Shown one piece after another: positions 38,329-53,016 of a stretch of DNA of 64,000 bases. Within the stretch, counting starts at the first letter, position 1, and each line of letters begins with the position of its first letter. The stretch is from positions 19,654,001 to 19,718,000 of the forward strand of contig OX597835.1 of assembly GCA_951406725.2 (NCBI GenBank). The letters run 5' to 3'. A program made the translations under genes and the position numbers. The notes under the pieces were generated by a model. That model was not told the DNA's origin. It was given only the letters and a program-made list of their open reading frames with translations, and made no database searches. The stretch is from Octopus vulgaris (Eukaryota).

Positions 38329-41300
38329 CAAAGTTATTTATGTATAATATAAGTATATGTATTTTCTTTTACTTGTGAGCTTTTTCAGAGAATGTGATTT
38401 GAAACTCACTTCCTGAGTAAAGAACGAATGTCGTTGATATTCGTTTCTCACGCCAGAGGGAATAGCTACACTTATGCGCACGATTATTCTGACATCCCTT
38501 GATAAAAATCCACAAACAATTCCAACACAAACAATACAAACACAAAAAATGGATAAATGCGACAAAATAAGATAAAGTAAAATTGATAAGAATTAACAAA
38601 TTAGAAAAAAAAAAAAAAACGTAAACCAATAGAATAGAGAATAATTATATCCTTGAACCTGTGACGCATTTTGTGTTTATGTATTTTTCTATTTCTAGAG
38701 TCCTTTTTGGTTTTATTTAATTTCTGTATATTTATGTCTGTTTTCTTTTCACAACAAATATAGACACATAAAAGAAGCAACCATCCTTAATTCTAAAAAG
38801 TAATTAAAAATTCTTACCTCACTTTATCAAACAAGTTATCTCTCATTGATTCTCATTTTTTTCTCTTCGAGTTTTCTTTTGGTTTTTTTTCGATTGACGT
38901 TGCATTTCTTTACTTCTATTTTTTCCGTTTCTTTTTCTTCTAACGTTCTATTTTTTTTTTTCTTATATTCTGTTGTTCTTTTTCCGTTTTCCAGACATGA
39001 AACATTAGACACATAAACTGCTTTATCTTAGATTTTTATCTCACCTTTATTGCAAAACTGATTAGAAATTTTTACTTTGTCAGAGTTCAAACCATTTTTC
39101 TAACTATTTATATATTACTTAAAAGTTTATTTTATTTCATATAGTTTTTCTTTTAGTATTTTCCCTCCCTCTTTCTCATTCTGCTTTCTCATTCTCCTCT
39201 CTATTTCTTATTCCCTTTTTCGTTTCCCTCATTCCTATTTTTTTTTATGTATATTTCGGTTCCGAATCTCCGATGAGAATATCAGCTTTTCAAGAAGAAT
39301 GGACAATTTCTGATAATTTGCAGCTATTGGTCTGTAGAATCATGATATTTTTCACTTTTTATTTTTGTTTTTTTGTCTTCATTTCTACCGATTTTCCTAA
39401 AAGAAATTATATCTATTAGGTTGTTTGGGTTTCTGTAATTATCTACATGTGTTTGCATGTACATGGCCTCTTCTGTATAATTTTATGTGGTTCAAATATG
39501 TGTTGTGTCTAGGTTTCTTAGTGAGAATTTGATGGTTATTCGTACATGTGTGATAAAAGTTGCTAGCAGCACTGGCTTATCTGTAAGAATTTATAAATAA
39601 TTATAGGCATACACTCACACACACATATATCTATATGTATACACACACATGTTTTATTTATATATATGGGTTTTAAAATGGGTTGATGTTCACTACAGCC
39701 GTTTCAGAAGTGTTTTTATATTGACAAATAAACCGATTACATCATGACACTTTGACTTTCTTCTGGTGATTTAAAACTTAAAATTAAATATTTGGTTGAG
39801 AAAAATATTGAAATATGGAATGAATGGTCAGTCTCTCATTTTGGTAACACGTAAGAGGTATATGCTGGTTCGCAATCGTCTTTGAAGGACACTATATGGA
39901 AGAACCCCACACTTCCTATCAAGTATGTCTAGAGCGCAATGAATCTAGAAACTCGATTCTAAATAACGTGTGTCCTCAGACTTTCAGCTTTGCTGGTACT
40001 GATGCTTTTGCGACTCACCCATTTGTGGATGATCACAATCCTCCCACAGTACGGAATAAATGATTATTCAAGGGAGGAATGAAATAAAAACGTGTGAGTG
40101 TGAGATATAATAATATGGGAAAAACCTCGCTCTAGTTTGTCCATTGTGGTGGTCAGTAGTGCATGATGAAAGATTGAATTTGAGCAAAATCCTGCCGTGT
40201 ATGAAAATTTCAAGTGTGATTTTAGTAAAAGTGTTGATATTATTTTACCTGAGCATGTTAACACACAACTCGATTTAGCATGTAATAAATACTGTCATTT
40301 CTGTCAGAGTAAGTCAGATCTTATGTGTCAGCAACAGAGCCACAGAGAAGGAATAATCTGTTTACTATTCAGGATACGATATCTCTGCTTGCATGAGTTG
40401 TGGAAAAGAATGTGCTGGCGAGAGAATGCAAAATTTTAGGTAGATTCCTCCCCAAACAGCAGTGCAACAAACACTAAAAGAGACACTAATAATTACCATA
40501 TGTTTGCAAAATGGTGAGTTCTTAGCAGCGTGGTAAACTACACGATTGTTTCTCATGTTTAAGAGAACACTCTAGCAATAGCATTGTTCGAAATTGAGTC
40601 GAAATCAACACGTTAGTGTACACAGAAACACAGAAATTGTTCATACATTTATCTCTTTTTGGATAAACTGTACCAGTTTACGACTGATTTAAGTTACTTG
40701 ATATATTGAAGCCGCAACAGAAATAAGTAATACACTTTCAGAAGCTACTCTCAATGTCAAGTCTAATCCCATTACATATTTATTTATACATCTATTTATC
40801 CATTATTATTGTTTTTGTTGTAGTTGCCGTTCTTGTTGTTGTTGTTGTTGTTGTTACCATCATAATCACATGTTTATAAACGAATCGTGATGCATTGAAA
40901 TGCCATCGGAATAAAGCCTGGTGAGATATGACCCGATAAGTAAGTAACGGCTGCAAGGATAGAGAGGTTTAATAAATATATTATTAACTACTGCTATATG
41001 TATCGATTAATCTCTTAATCTCGTACTTTGATCGTAGAATGCTAGAATATAACTAACTATAAATGCAATACACGCACGCACACACACACACACATACACA
41101 CACACACACACATGCAAACATACTCACACATACACACATATGCGTCCACGAACACACAACGCATATACGGACATATGGAAGCCGTGTAACGGAAGCTCAT
41201 TAAATTAAAAGCAACGCTGATGCATTGTACAATATCCAATATTATTTAATTCGAATATCCAAATTTACAAAGCTAGAGGCAGCCCCGGTCACCTGGAGCA

Positions 41301-41858
41301 GGCACTTAAATAAGTTATACATAGCATTACAAGTTTGTATTTCTGACCCTGGCAGAATTGTTACAGCACTGCCCTTAATATATCCTGATATATTTTTTAA
41401 CATCAGTATATACTTTGAGTTCAAACCCTGCTAATGTATCTTCAAATGTAGATACACACAGTGATATATACACCCAAAAAGAAAAATTTCACACAGTTAC
41501 ACAACTATTCGATGGCCTTGTACATATATTCCGTCTGCAAAATACAAACCCTGCTAATGTATCAACAAAATTCCACGGAAAATTATTGTGTTCTACCCGA
41601 GGCATAAGCAGGTGTTGTTGCCATTTAATTAACGCCATATATTTTAATCAGTCATTCATTAACTGGCATTTTAATCATTTATTCATTAAATGTCAATGAT
41701 TTCAATAATTCATTCATTATGTTTCTCTGTACTATAGTTCATTATAGTTCGTTACTTAAGGAAGGGAGATGTGTTCTAATACATACCAGATGCATCGCAT
41801 TTATTCCCAGGATAACTAATCATGTGCCATTTAACCATATACTAGTTATATATCTCTT

Positions 41859-42070
41859 AGGCGGCGACTGGTGCAACTGTTAGCACGTCAGGAGAAATGA
41901 ATAGCGGTATTGCCATTAACCTTTCGTTCTGAGTATAAATTTCGCCGCAGTCGACATCTTTCACATCCTTTTGGGGTCGATAAAACAAGTACCAGTTGAA
42001 CTATGAGGTCGGTGTAATCGATGTATCACGACGCCTAAATTTGTGGCCGTGTGGTAACGTTTGAAACCAA
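41859..42070 (+). mobile_element. Degenerate SINE family C
   Basis: aggcggcgactgg...catccttttggggtcgataaaacaagtaccagttg. Confidence 0.7.
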
Positions 42071-42081
42071 TATTTAAAATC

Positions 42082-42330
42082 GAGGGATCGCGGGTTCGAA
42101 TCTCAGATGTGTTTGTTTATGAGCGAAACACCTAGGGTCCTGGCAGATGGTAATGGCGAACTGCTGCTTACACTTTCGCCACAACTTTCTCTCACTCTTT
42201 CCTCCTGCATCTTGCAGCTCACTTGCGTCGGACCGGTTACCCGTCCCGTCCAGGTGGGGAACCTATACGCCGAGAACACCGCGAAACTGGCCCTATGAGC
42301 CAGGCGTAGCTCGAGAAGGAACAAACAAAA
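42082..42330 (+). mobile_element. SINE A-related element with a third tail type
   Basis: ggatcgcgggttcgaatctcaga and ctttcgccacaactttctctcactc body, then a gtcccgtccagg...gctcgagaaggaac(aaac)n tail. Confidence 0.65.
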
Positions 42331-42338
42331 CAAAACAC

Positions 42339-42377
<39 letters not shown>

Positions 42378-42625
42378 ATAAGTACCAGGCTTTAAATAAA
42401 AAGTGGTGGTGTTGATACATTTGACTAAAATCATTCCAAGGCGTGGCCCGGCGTAGCCTCGGTTTACTAATTGAAACGAGTAAAAGATAAAAGATATCTA
42501 TCTGTATATACATATAAAAACAGGTTGTGACAAATGTTAGTAGATTTAGATCATATTCAGGTTACAAAATTAAATAGACACACCCAGAATTATAACCCTA
42601 TCGCCAGTTAATATATGATATAATA

Positions 42626-42685
<60 letters not shown>

Positions 42686-42725
42686 TATATATAGACATAT
42701 ATAGACATATATTCATATATACATA

Positions 42726-42767
<42 letters not shown>

Positions 42768-42845
42768 TGTATATATAGATGTACATATATATGCATATGA
42801 ATACATATATATATATATAAATATATGTATAAATAAATATATATA

Positions 42846-42906
<61 letters not shown>

Positions 42907-43411
42907 ACGCACACGGAGACACAGGCACACGCATCAATCTACTCTGCTTCAAAAGTAACTCTCACTGATGCGCCAGTGCTATATTCTAAACGACAAAGAT
43001 TAAATCACTACATGATATATAATTTAAAGTTAACACTGATATTTCTGATTCCAAATTGGTTTGATCGATAGCTTGTGAATAATTCGAATGAAATCGAGAT
43101 AGCATGAGGAGAATTTTGAAGTTTAAAGAATTTCGTAGCATTGACATGTGTATAAATGGAGAGTTTTTCTTTCTTAGTACAATGACTTAGTTCCCTTGAG
43201 TTCGTCTGTAAAGACGGTTTTTACCCAAGCACGTAGAACATTGGTATAACTGAGGGGATTTGCATAAAAGATACATAAATGTTTAAAACGAAATTACTTA
43301 GTACAGCAAGTGAAATGAAATAGAACAAAGGCAAGCAATATACATATGAACACGCACTCTCTCCTCATATATATATATATATATGTATATGCATATATGT
43401 GTGTATATATA

Positions 43412-43466
<55 letters not shown>

Positions 43467-43959
43467 CATATATATGCATATATATATATATGCATATTTT
43501 TTTAATTTTCCTTTAATTTCTGAATTACTATTACTTGGCGGTTTGAGTCCTGGCTGCTTTTTCTGGTGTGTCGAATGGCCTATTTGAGGCCGTTCCTCAA
43601 TTGTGGTTGAATTTATATATATAGTCTCTGACTATTTTCCCTCTCTCACTAGACCGCTGGTGGTGAAAAAATTTCTATTGAATATTTTGCTACCCTATAT
43701 TGATTAATTATATGCATATGTGTATGCATACAGATACTTGCACCCATTTATATACATATATATGTACACAAACGTACACCTTCTATGTGTATTTATATAG
43801 TTATTAATGATGGATTATCAATCCGGGCAAAAGCATTTATAAGCTATTAGTACACCAAGTTCGAACTCAGCGTATTCTCATGATAGGGTCGGAGACGGTA
43901 GTTCCTCACCATCCTGTTTTGAAAATCTATTGTTGTATTTCATTTATACACTTACTCAT

Positions 43960-44167
43960 TACTCTCTTTTACTCTCTTACCTGTTTCAGACATTTGACTG
44001 TGACCATGCTGGAGCACCGCCTTTTAGTTGAGCACATCGACCCCGGGACTTATTCTTTGTACACTTAGTACTTATTCTATCGGTCTCTTTTCTCGAAACG
44101 TTAAGTTACGGGGACGTAAACACAATAGCACCGGTGCGATGCTGGGAGGACAAAAACAGACAAACAG

Positions 44168-44200
<33 letters not shown>

Positions 44201-44429
44201 CAAGGCGGCGAGCTGGTAGAAACGTTAGCACGGCGGGCGAAATTCGTAGCCGTATTTCGTCTGTCGTTACGTTCCGAGTTCAAATTCCGCCGAGGTCGAC
44301 TTTGCCTTTCATCCTTTCGGGGTCGATAAATTAAGTACCAGTTACGCACTGGGGTCGATGTAGTCGACTTAATCCCTTTGTCTGTCCTTGTTTGTCCCCT
44401 CTGTGTTTAGCCCCTTGTGGGTAGTAAAG

Positions 44430-44502
<73 letters not shown>

Positions 44503-44655
44503 TATACGACGGGCTTCTTTCAGTTTCTATCTACCAAATCTAATCACAATGTTTTGTTGGCCCGAGGCTATAGTAGAATACAATTGCCCAAGGTGCCATG
44601 CAGTGGGACTAAACCCGGAACCATGTAGTTCGTAAACAAGCTATTTAGCACAGAG
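43960..44655 (-). mobile_element. SINE family B interrupted by a SINE C copy
   Basis: Family B halves at 43960-44180 and ~44505-44655 flank the nested insert. Confidence 0.8.
44202..44432 (+). mobile_element. Young SINE family C nested in the TA tract of SINE B
   Basis: Full copy from aaggcggcgagctgg to gtaaagaaat. Confidence 0.9.
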
Positions 44656-44789
44656 CCCCTGCTATTTGTTTTTGTTTTTTTGCGAAGAATGATATACACG
44701 ACAAGCCCTAAATTATAGCCATAGTATATATCTTTAAATTGTAGTAAATTTGACCTACAGCTGTTTCCAGTTGTCATTATATGTTCAGT

Positions 44790-45150
44790 AATCATACCTT
44801 CAAAATTTCAAGGACTGCAGTTACGAATGATCTATAGCCTGCATATACAGGACCCTAAGGCACTACAATCCCAGAGCCAGAGACAATGAAAGACTTGGGG
44901 ATTAGTATCTGCAATAATGCATCATTTTATATGCACATTATCAAGATGGGTTCCAAGTACTGCAACTGATAGGATGGATACTGAGGTCCTTCAAGACAAG
45001 CAACCAAGAAATTTTGTCGACCCTGTGGATAACCCTTTTTTTTCTTCTCAGCCTCCTGCATTACTGTTCACAGGTATGGTCACACACATAAAGAGCCAAA
45101 TTAACAGTGGAGCTTGAAGCAGTCTAAAGCTACTACACTAAACAGATTGA
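44790..45150 (+). mobile_element. CR1/L2-group LINE RT C-terminal relic
   Basis: IPEPETMKDLGISICNNASFYMHI, GWILRSFKTSNQEILSTLW, LHYCSQVW. Confidence 0.7.
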
Positions 45151-45192
45151 AACATATACATAAAGACACGCACACAATCATACCCATATATA

Positions 45193-45637
45193 TAGGCGCA
45201 GGAGTGGCTGTGTGGTACGTAGCTTGCTAACCAACCACATGGTTCCGGGTTCAGTCCCACTGCGTGGCATCTTGGGCAAGTGTCTTCTGCTATAGCCCCG
45301 GGCCGACCAATGCCTTGTCAGTGGATTTGGTAAACGGAAACTGAAAGAAGCCCGTCGTATATATGTATATATATATATGTATATATATATATATGTATAT
45401 ATATATATGTATATATGTGTATGTGTGTGTGTGTGTGTTTGTCCCCCTAGCATTGCTTGACAACTGATGCTGGTGTGTTTACGTCCCCGTCACTTAGCGG
45501 TTCGGCAAAAGAGACCGATAGAATAAGCACTGGGCTTACAAAAAAGAATAAGTCCCGGGGTCGATATGCTCGACTAAAGGCGGTGCTCCAGCATGGCCGC
45601 AGTCAAATGACTGAAACATGTAAAAGAGTAAAATAGT
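45193..45637 (+). mobile_element. SINE family B, full length
   Basis: A and B boxes, internal microsatellite, tail. Confidence 0.92.
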
Positions 45638-45964
45638 ATATATGTGTAGGAATCACACGCTAATATGTTGAATTTCGACTCGTATCTTTATTTCATTTAG
45701 CCTTGCACGCTCCACAGTCCAGCTTTCCAGTCATACTTACAGTGCTAGCTCATAAACTCCATTGCTCTAATCTACAATAATTGTGGAAACATTGTTTTCT
45801 CTTTTTATTAAGTTTTTCTGTTCTTAAATAGTTTCTTTCCGCATTAAATTGCACTAAAGATTTCATTAAATTAAAAATAGCTTAAATGCGTTCTTATTTA
45901 AGCTCACATTTTCATTCTTCTCACGTATGTACGTACTAGTACCAGTATGTGCTTTTTTGTATAT

Positions 45965-46033
<69 letters not shown>

Positions 46034-46079
46034 CAATATATAATATATAATATATAACAGTGGTTTTATCTCTAATTTA

Positions 46080-46125
<46 letters not shown>

Positions 46126-46357
46126 TAGATAGATAGATAGATAGATTTATAGATAGATATATACGCACAGATACACACACATACAAACACACATATATAC
46201 CTATATATATCATTAGTATGACTATAAAAGTATGTATGTATGTATGTATGTATATATATATATGTATATATGTGTGTATATATATATAACAAATACACAT
46301 CAATGTTCTTGTGTGTATATATACGTATACGTATATATGTATATATGCGTATACGTA

Positions 46358-46389
<32 letters not shown>

Positions 46390-46417
46390 CATACATATAC
46401 ATATATATATATACATA

Positions 46418-46517
<100 letters not shown>

Positions 46518-47117
46518 CGAACACACACACATGTATTTTACAAAGCACTTTATCAATAGCATGATGAACAAGTACGTTTTATGAGTACTCCTTTCCTTGG
46601 AATATTTTTTGTTGTCTTATTATTATTTCTTTACCGTTCAGAAGGAATTGTTTCTGCGTCTTTTTATTTTTCTTTCTGAAGGACGTCAGTATTTTATTGT
46701 TAAAGTGGAGGTAACTAGAAATAAAACCATTTAGAGAGAGGCAGGTAGGACATAAATCTGAACTGTTATTGTGAGACCTAACATAAAGATGTCAGCATTA
46801 TAGTATATAGCAATATCGGTATTTATATACTGCAGCCGTTTTAATGTTAATTATAAACCCGGTATTTATTATTGCATTGCCTATGCGCACATATTTATAT
46901 ATAGGTATGTACAATCATCTCAAGCACACACACACACACACACGCATAATTGCATTCAAGCATGTGTGTGCAATTACACATTTACACATACAGTCACTCA
47001 TAGACAAACACATTCTTCTCAGCTTCCTTCTTCTCATCATCGTATTATTAAATTAATCTGTCTCTCTACATAACCACTGTCTTTCTGTCATTATCTACAC
47101 AATCATACACAATGATT

Positions 47118-47343
47118 GCCCAGTGGTTAGGGCAGCGGACTTGCGGTCGGAGGATCGCGGTTTCGATTCCCAGACCGGGCGTTGTGTGTGTTTATTGAGC
47201 GAAAACACCTAAAAGCTCCACGAGGCTCCGGCAGGGGATGGTGGTGATCCCTGCTGTACTCTTTCACCACTCTAAAGGCGGTGCTCCAGCATGGCCGCGG
47301 TCGAATGACTGAAACAAGTACAAAAAAAAAAAAAAAAAAAAAA
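47118..47343 (+). mobile_element. Chimeric SINE: family A head fused to family B tail plus poly(A)
   Basis: Family A sequence up to ctttcaccac (47270), then ctaaaggcggtgctccagcatggccgcggtcgaatgactgaaacaagta and an A-run. Confidence 0.85.
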
Positions 47344-47984
47344 TACAGCATACACACTCATACAAATAGACAAAGGCACACATTCACACGCATTATAAGT
47401 AAAGAGAGGCAGAATGATAGAGACAGAAAGAGAGTGATATGTCTATGAAATATATTCATATATATATATATATATTTGTAGAGAGAGATAGAGGGATGGG
47501 TAAATAGTAACATTCGGCTGATATGTAAACATCTACGCATCATGGCCTATTCTTGGATTATGACACTATTGTATCTGAGTCCTGTTTAAATAAATGTATG
47601 CGCTTCCTGATAAAATATTTGATGCTAGGTTTACTCTGAGCATTAATATCTAATCATATCAAAAATTTTCCGTTAGTCAGAAAGTAGTTTTTCCTATTAA
47701 CAAGTAATAGTAACACTTATGGATTCATAAGTTATAGTAACACTAGTGTATCTTCATTTCTTGTCAAATAAACATCATGAGTTCGTGACGCACCTTCATC
47801 TCATCAATCGTGGGTCTTATTTTTTAAACCATGTAGCTTAAATATGTATAAGAGCAGGTATGTTTATAGGAGAATAAATATAGACATCGAGCGATCGAAT
47901 CAATCAATTAGACTATATCTAACTAGATTGATTTTTATATATATGATATGAGACTCTGTTTTTTTATGTAAGTACTGGTATCAT

Positions 47985-48165
47985 ATTTTCGCAGGAATCC
48001 AGCAGCTTTGGGACAGGGTGTTAGCTGAGTGGTACATATTTTATCAACCCCGAAAGAATAAGAGTCAAAGTGGACATTGCCGGAATTTGAACCGAGAACA
48101 TAGCAATGTGCGAAAAACTGTCTAGCTTTTGCCCGGCATGATAACGGTTTTGTTAACTCGCCTTC
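47985..48165 (-). mobile_element. Degenerate SINE family C
   Basis: Reverse-complement match (ttatcaaccccgaaag...ggaatttgaac...ctcgcctt). Confidence 0.6.
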
Positions 48166-50179
48166 TTCGTCTACCTAGAGTTTGTCTAATGATAGTTTCA
48201 AGATGAAAGTTAACCCCACGACTTGGCTTTTTTTCCCATCTCACGGAAAATAATTTCAGAGGTTGATTCCTTATATCTCTGCGGTTTTGAAATATTTTGA
48301 TTCGAGAATATGATTATCCAACTATGCATGTGTTTATATATATAATTTGAAGAATATTCAACGTATATTTTCATAGGAAAGAAGGGTTACCTTAATTCTT
48401 TGCGAGAGAAATTTTGTTGCAATTTCCACTAAGTAGATCTTCACCATAGAGGTTTGAAAATCAGAAGATATATTTTGTCTTCTCTGAACAAATACCAGAA
48501 GATCTGCTGAAAAACATTGATGTTTGCTGCTCAAAAACAGCAATCATTGCAGTGAAGACATTTACCAGAGTGATAAATATATTTAAGCGAAAAGTTTTAA
48601 AAGAATGGCTGCATGGACGTGCATGGAACAACTTCTCCGGTAAGTCTCAAGGTAAATTGTTGAGATACTCGGATACTGACTTAAACGAAAACAGAGAGTA
48701 CAATGATTACCAAAGAGTTTTTTCGGTAAAATAAGTTTCAGGGCCCGATGAAAAAAGGGCATGTATATTTGAGTATATCAGATACAATGTACTCGAAGAA
48801 ATTAAGTTTGAACTCAGCAAGACTATGTTACAAACTATGTGTGGAGGGGAGACTGTGACCTTCCACTTTCTGCTTGATACAAGTTCACTTCGAATCATGA
48901 GTTTATTACTTAACAAATGAAGGTCACATGGAATAATATTCTAGATGCGTAAAACAAATTAATTAAATGGAACGGTTAAAAGCCGTGACTGTGTGGTCTT
49001 TGATAATATATCTAAAAAATGGGGACTGAAATATGGCTGAACAACTATAACGCTAGCCACATTTGTAGCCTCTTCTTAAATTGAACTTATTCAATAAAGG
49101 TTCTGGAAGACGCAGTGTAAGTACTAACAGAATTTTGAAATTCTATAAAAGACAGATTCTGGATACAATCTGTCTCAGAAAATAAAATAGCGCTGCCACT
49201 GACTATTGTGTCAAAAGTGTTATGTAAAAGCAGAACGATTTACGTACAGAGTGGATTTTACGACAAACGTGTTAGAAACTTTGGCACGAATCAGTGCTGC
49301 TTACATGGTACGAACTACGCACTCCTCAATCTAGCTGTCTAGTCAATCGTGTTTTTAAAAGACATTCACATTGTGAATATGTTATCTGATATCCACTATT
49401 TAAATCAGAGCAGCATTGTTTTTCAGTTGACAACTAGACACGACGAATACTTCCAAACAAATGTCACGTTAAGATAATATCAGATGTAGCAGCAACGTTT
49501 ATAGTTAGATGAATATTTGAGATTACGTCTTGGATTAAATGGAATAGAAACTGAAATATATTCGTACAGATAACGAGAAAGCAGCGAAAGGTTTACTAAA
49601 ACTTATTTAAAATTATTTGAAACAATAGATGTTTGTGTGCGACATCATGAAACGAAATTTAAGAGTGGCTGCGATATTTATTCTTCAATAATGGAAGCCA
49701 TAGCAAATATGCAACCATATCGCAATAAAATGTTCTTTTATTCTATCACTTTGTTTGGTATAATGGTTTCTGCCAGTCTACTATACGTTGCTAGTGAGAT
49801 TTCGACTATAGAAATGTCCTTTTGTGTATGGCTTATGTCAGTGTATATACATTTCCTCTGAGGTTTAAACAGTAGATATCGTCTTTTTTTTCTGTATTGC
49901 TTTCTTGGGAGACACTATTAATGTTAGGTGTGTAAGATGGAATTACCTAATGAGGAAGGTGGCGGATAAAATGCTCAGCAGTGTCAAATTACATATCACG
50001 ACATTCTGAGTTCTAATGTCGCTTTGTCTGTTATACCTGTCATCGTTGTACGGTCGATTTTAGAAGATATCAGTGTTGTTAGTGGGGGAAGACGTAATTC
50101 TATTACAAGTAACCTCACCAATATGAGTTCTGATAGCGAGGACACACAAACAAATGTAAAATAAGATGAGACATGTAGT

Positions 50180-50430
50180 TTGTTTCAAATTTTGGTACGA
50201 GGCCAATTTTTGCAGGAGGGAGCAATCGATTCCTTTGACACATTTTTCAATTAATCGACTCCGTTGACAAAGTTTTCAATTAATCCTTAAATTATCGACC
50301 ACGAAGAGAGATGGAATGCAAAGTCGACCTCGGCGGAATTTGAACCTAGAAATTGAGGACGGACGATATGGTACTAAGAATTTTGCCCAGCATATAAATG
50401 TTTCTGTCAGTTCACCAGCTCACCGCCTTG
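50180..50430 (-). mobile_element. SINE family C
   Basis: caaagtcgacctcggcggaatttgaac...agctcaccgcctt. Confidence 0.75.
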
Positions 50431-50505
50431 ACATACGTAGGCACATATATTTAATATACATATGTATATAAACATATACTTACATGTATATATATATATA
50501 TGTAT

Positions 50506-50550
<45 letters not shown>

Positions 50551-50611
50551 TATGTATATATGTGTGCACGTATGTACTTGTGTGTGTTTGTGTGATTGTA
50601 TGTATGTATGC

Positions 50612-50652
<41 letters not shown>

Positions 50653-50670
50653 GGAGTAAACACATAAATG

Positions 50671-50785
50671 TGAAGAGCATAGGCTCGAAAAGTAAAAGAC
50701 TTTCTCACTTCCCGAGCGGTAAACTAATATCTCTCCTTGTTGTTTACACACCCGTCTTCGTCTTTTGTTGTTTTTTTAAAATTCC

Positions 50786-50790
<5 letters not shown>
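50671..50790 (+). mobile_element. Family E element, 5' truncated inside the hammerhead-like motif
   Basis: tgaagagcataggctcgaaaagtaaaagac...cccgtcttcgtcttttgtt, followed by (TA)n. Confidence 0.6.
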
Positions 50791-50816
<26 letters not shown>

Positions 50817-50824
<8 letters not shown>

Positions 50825-51060
50825 TAAGGGTAGAAATTGATATTTATCAATTAAGACCAGTGGTCTAGCATATTAAAAAGAATCCGAAGATTAAAATATT
50901 TATATATACCAATTAAGGACTGAACACGAAAAGTGGACAGTCAACATGCTAGATATAGACGTCAAATCGTCATTCACCACATAATCTTTTGTGGTGAATG
51001 ACGATTTGACGTCTATATCTAGCATGTTGACTGTCCACTTTTCGTGTTCAGTCCTTAATT

Positions 51061-51070
<10 letters not shown>
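50817..51070. mobile_element. Foldback element in (TA)n with perfect 81-bp arms
   Basis: Arms 50901-50981 and 50990-51070, 8-nt spacer, ~85-bp unpaired left extension. Confidence 0.7.
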
Positions 51071-51113
<43 letters not shown>

Positions 51114-51129
51114 CTCTATATGCCTTCGA

Positions 51130-51500
51130 AGTCAACGAAATTACCTGGTGCGATTCGAAGGCTTGAACAGTGGACACTTTTGACATAGAAAATAAAAGCA
51201 GTTGATAAACAAGCGGTCAGTAAAGTTAGTGCAGAACATGTATATAATTCATGGTTATAGGACTCTATTAATCCGGCATTAAAGAAGCACATAAGTAATA
51301 ACTGATTTTCTGATTGCCTTACTGTCAGACCTTCAAACCAAATTATATTTAGAAGCACATTAAAATGAGTTGTGTGCTTCAGCTTTTGGAATCGGTAAAA
51401 ACCGATTCGAAGAACACACAGCAACCAATTGCCGTTTCCAAGCATCCTGTATTCAAGTGTGATGCAATTTTTGCTTCTCAATGCTTTTCACCGTACAATA
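51130..51500 (+). mobile_element. Possible PIF/Harbinger transposase relic
   Basis: ASAFGIGKNRF resembles VExAFGxLxxRF; otherwise very eroded. Confidence 0.25.
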
Positions 51501-51974
51501 GCTTGCGTAGCGGCTTGGTTTGAAGACGTGGGATTTTTCTGACATTATTCATTGGATAAATCTTAATGCAATAATAAAATGGCTTGGTGCCAAGCTGTCA
51601 CAGGAATATAAACCTATTGTCTATTGGTTTTGGTATTGGCATTTTGGTTAATGCCTTTTGAGGGTGTCATTTCGATTTCTCTTTCTTAATTCTGTTGCCT
51701 TTAGAATAAGTCTAGATGTGTGAAAGGTGTTGTACTGTGCATATTCGTTCTTATCTATAAATATTTGCCTCGGGGATTCTGTATGCTATTTAGCAAATAA
51801 TGTAGAGATTTAGATAAACATACACACAAAAACATGAGCGCGTCAATACATATAATAAAGGTAATTCACCTCCTCAAAACCTGAAACCATCACAAACGCA
51901 TATATATATGCAAGTATGTAAGGACACATACATGCACACACAGACACACTCAACACATAGTATATTCATTTCTA

Positions 51975-52067
<93 letters not shown>

Positions 52068-52076
52068 GTATATATA

Positions 52077-52145
<69 letters not shown>

Positions 52146-52337
52146 ATATTTATTTATGCATATTAATTTATTGATACATGAATACATATGATATCTGCTT
52201 TGTACATACGCGTGTGTTTTAGTGAGTGTGTTTTTGTGTGTATTTGGGAAATTGTGAGTGGTGTCTAAATGAAAGCAATGGCAGTTAATACAGGTGGAAG
52301 AGTGCAGTGTATATTATTATTATTATTATTGTCATTA

Positions 52338-52381
<44 letters not shown>

Positions 52382-52388
52382 GTCATTA

Positions 52389-52428
<40 letters not shown>

Positions 52429-52429
52429 T

Positions 52430-52962
52430 GAGTGAGAGAGCAGTGCATGCCATCAAAGTGACATTGGGGTAAAATATACGAAGCCCAGTATAACCATCAT
52501 GACTACCCGTCTGATAAGGGAACACCAGGCACATGCATCACAACCATATGTGCGCGACATGGTGATCTCATATGAAGATAAACAGCACATGACCTTGCAG
52601 GTGGAGCCCAGTTAGAATTTTCTTCTGGTCGAGTAACCCATCCCGCTCAAACGGTCCTTAAATAAGGGTTGTTTAAGGATGTTGAACGAAACACCTATGT
52701 TTCCAGAGGTGAATTATTGAAACTCCATAGAATCCCTTTCAACACATGGCTATGATGCTCCCCCGCTATTTCTGCTCATGATCAGAGATGCACATATCGT
52801 CAGCCACTAAGGAACATGCTCAACTGGTTAAGGTCAAACAACTGACAAGCAAATCTGTGGTATTGAGCAGAATATTTGCTGTAGCCCATCTTTTATACCA
52901 AGACAAAACAATATACATGATAACACTTCCAATCAGTTAAGATCAGAAGCCATGAGAGCCAC
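52430..52962 (-). mobile_element. Family D (TAA)n-specific element
   Basis: Near-full copy between (ATT)n tracts. Confidence 0.88.
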
Positions 52963-52964
52963 AC

Positions 52965-53016
<52 letters not shown>

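Noticed and set aside
48730-48920. Open stretch after tttcag with CxLC..GETV..HFLL
   Set aside because: More like a frameshifted non-LTR zinc-knuckle remnant than a host exon; too eroded to annotate.
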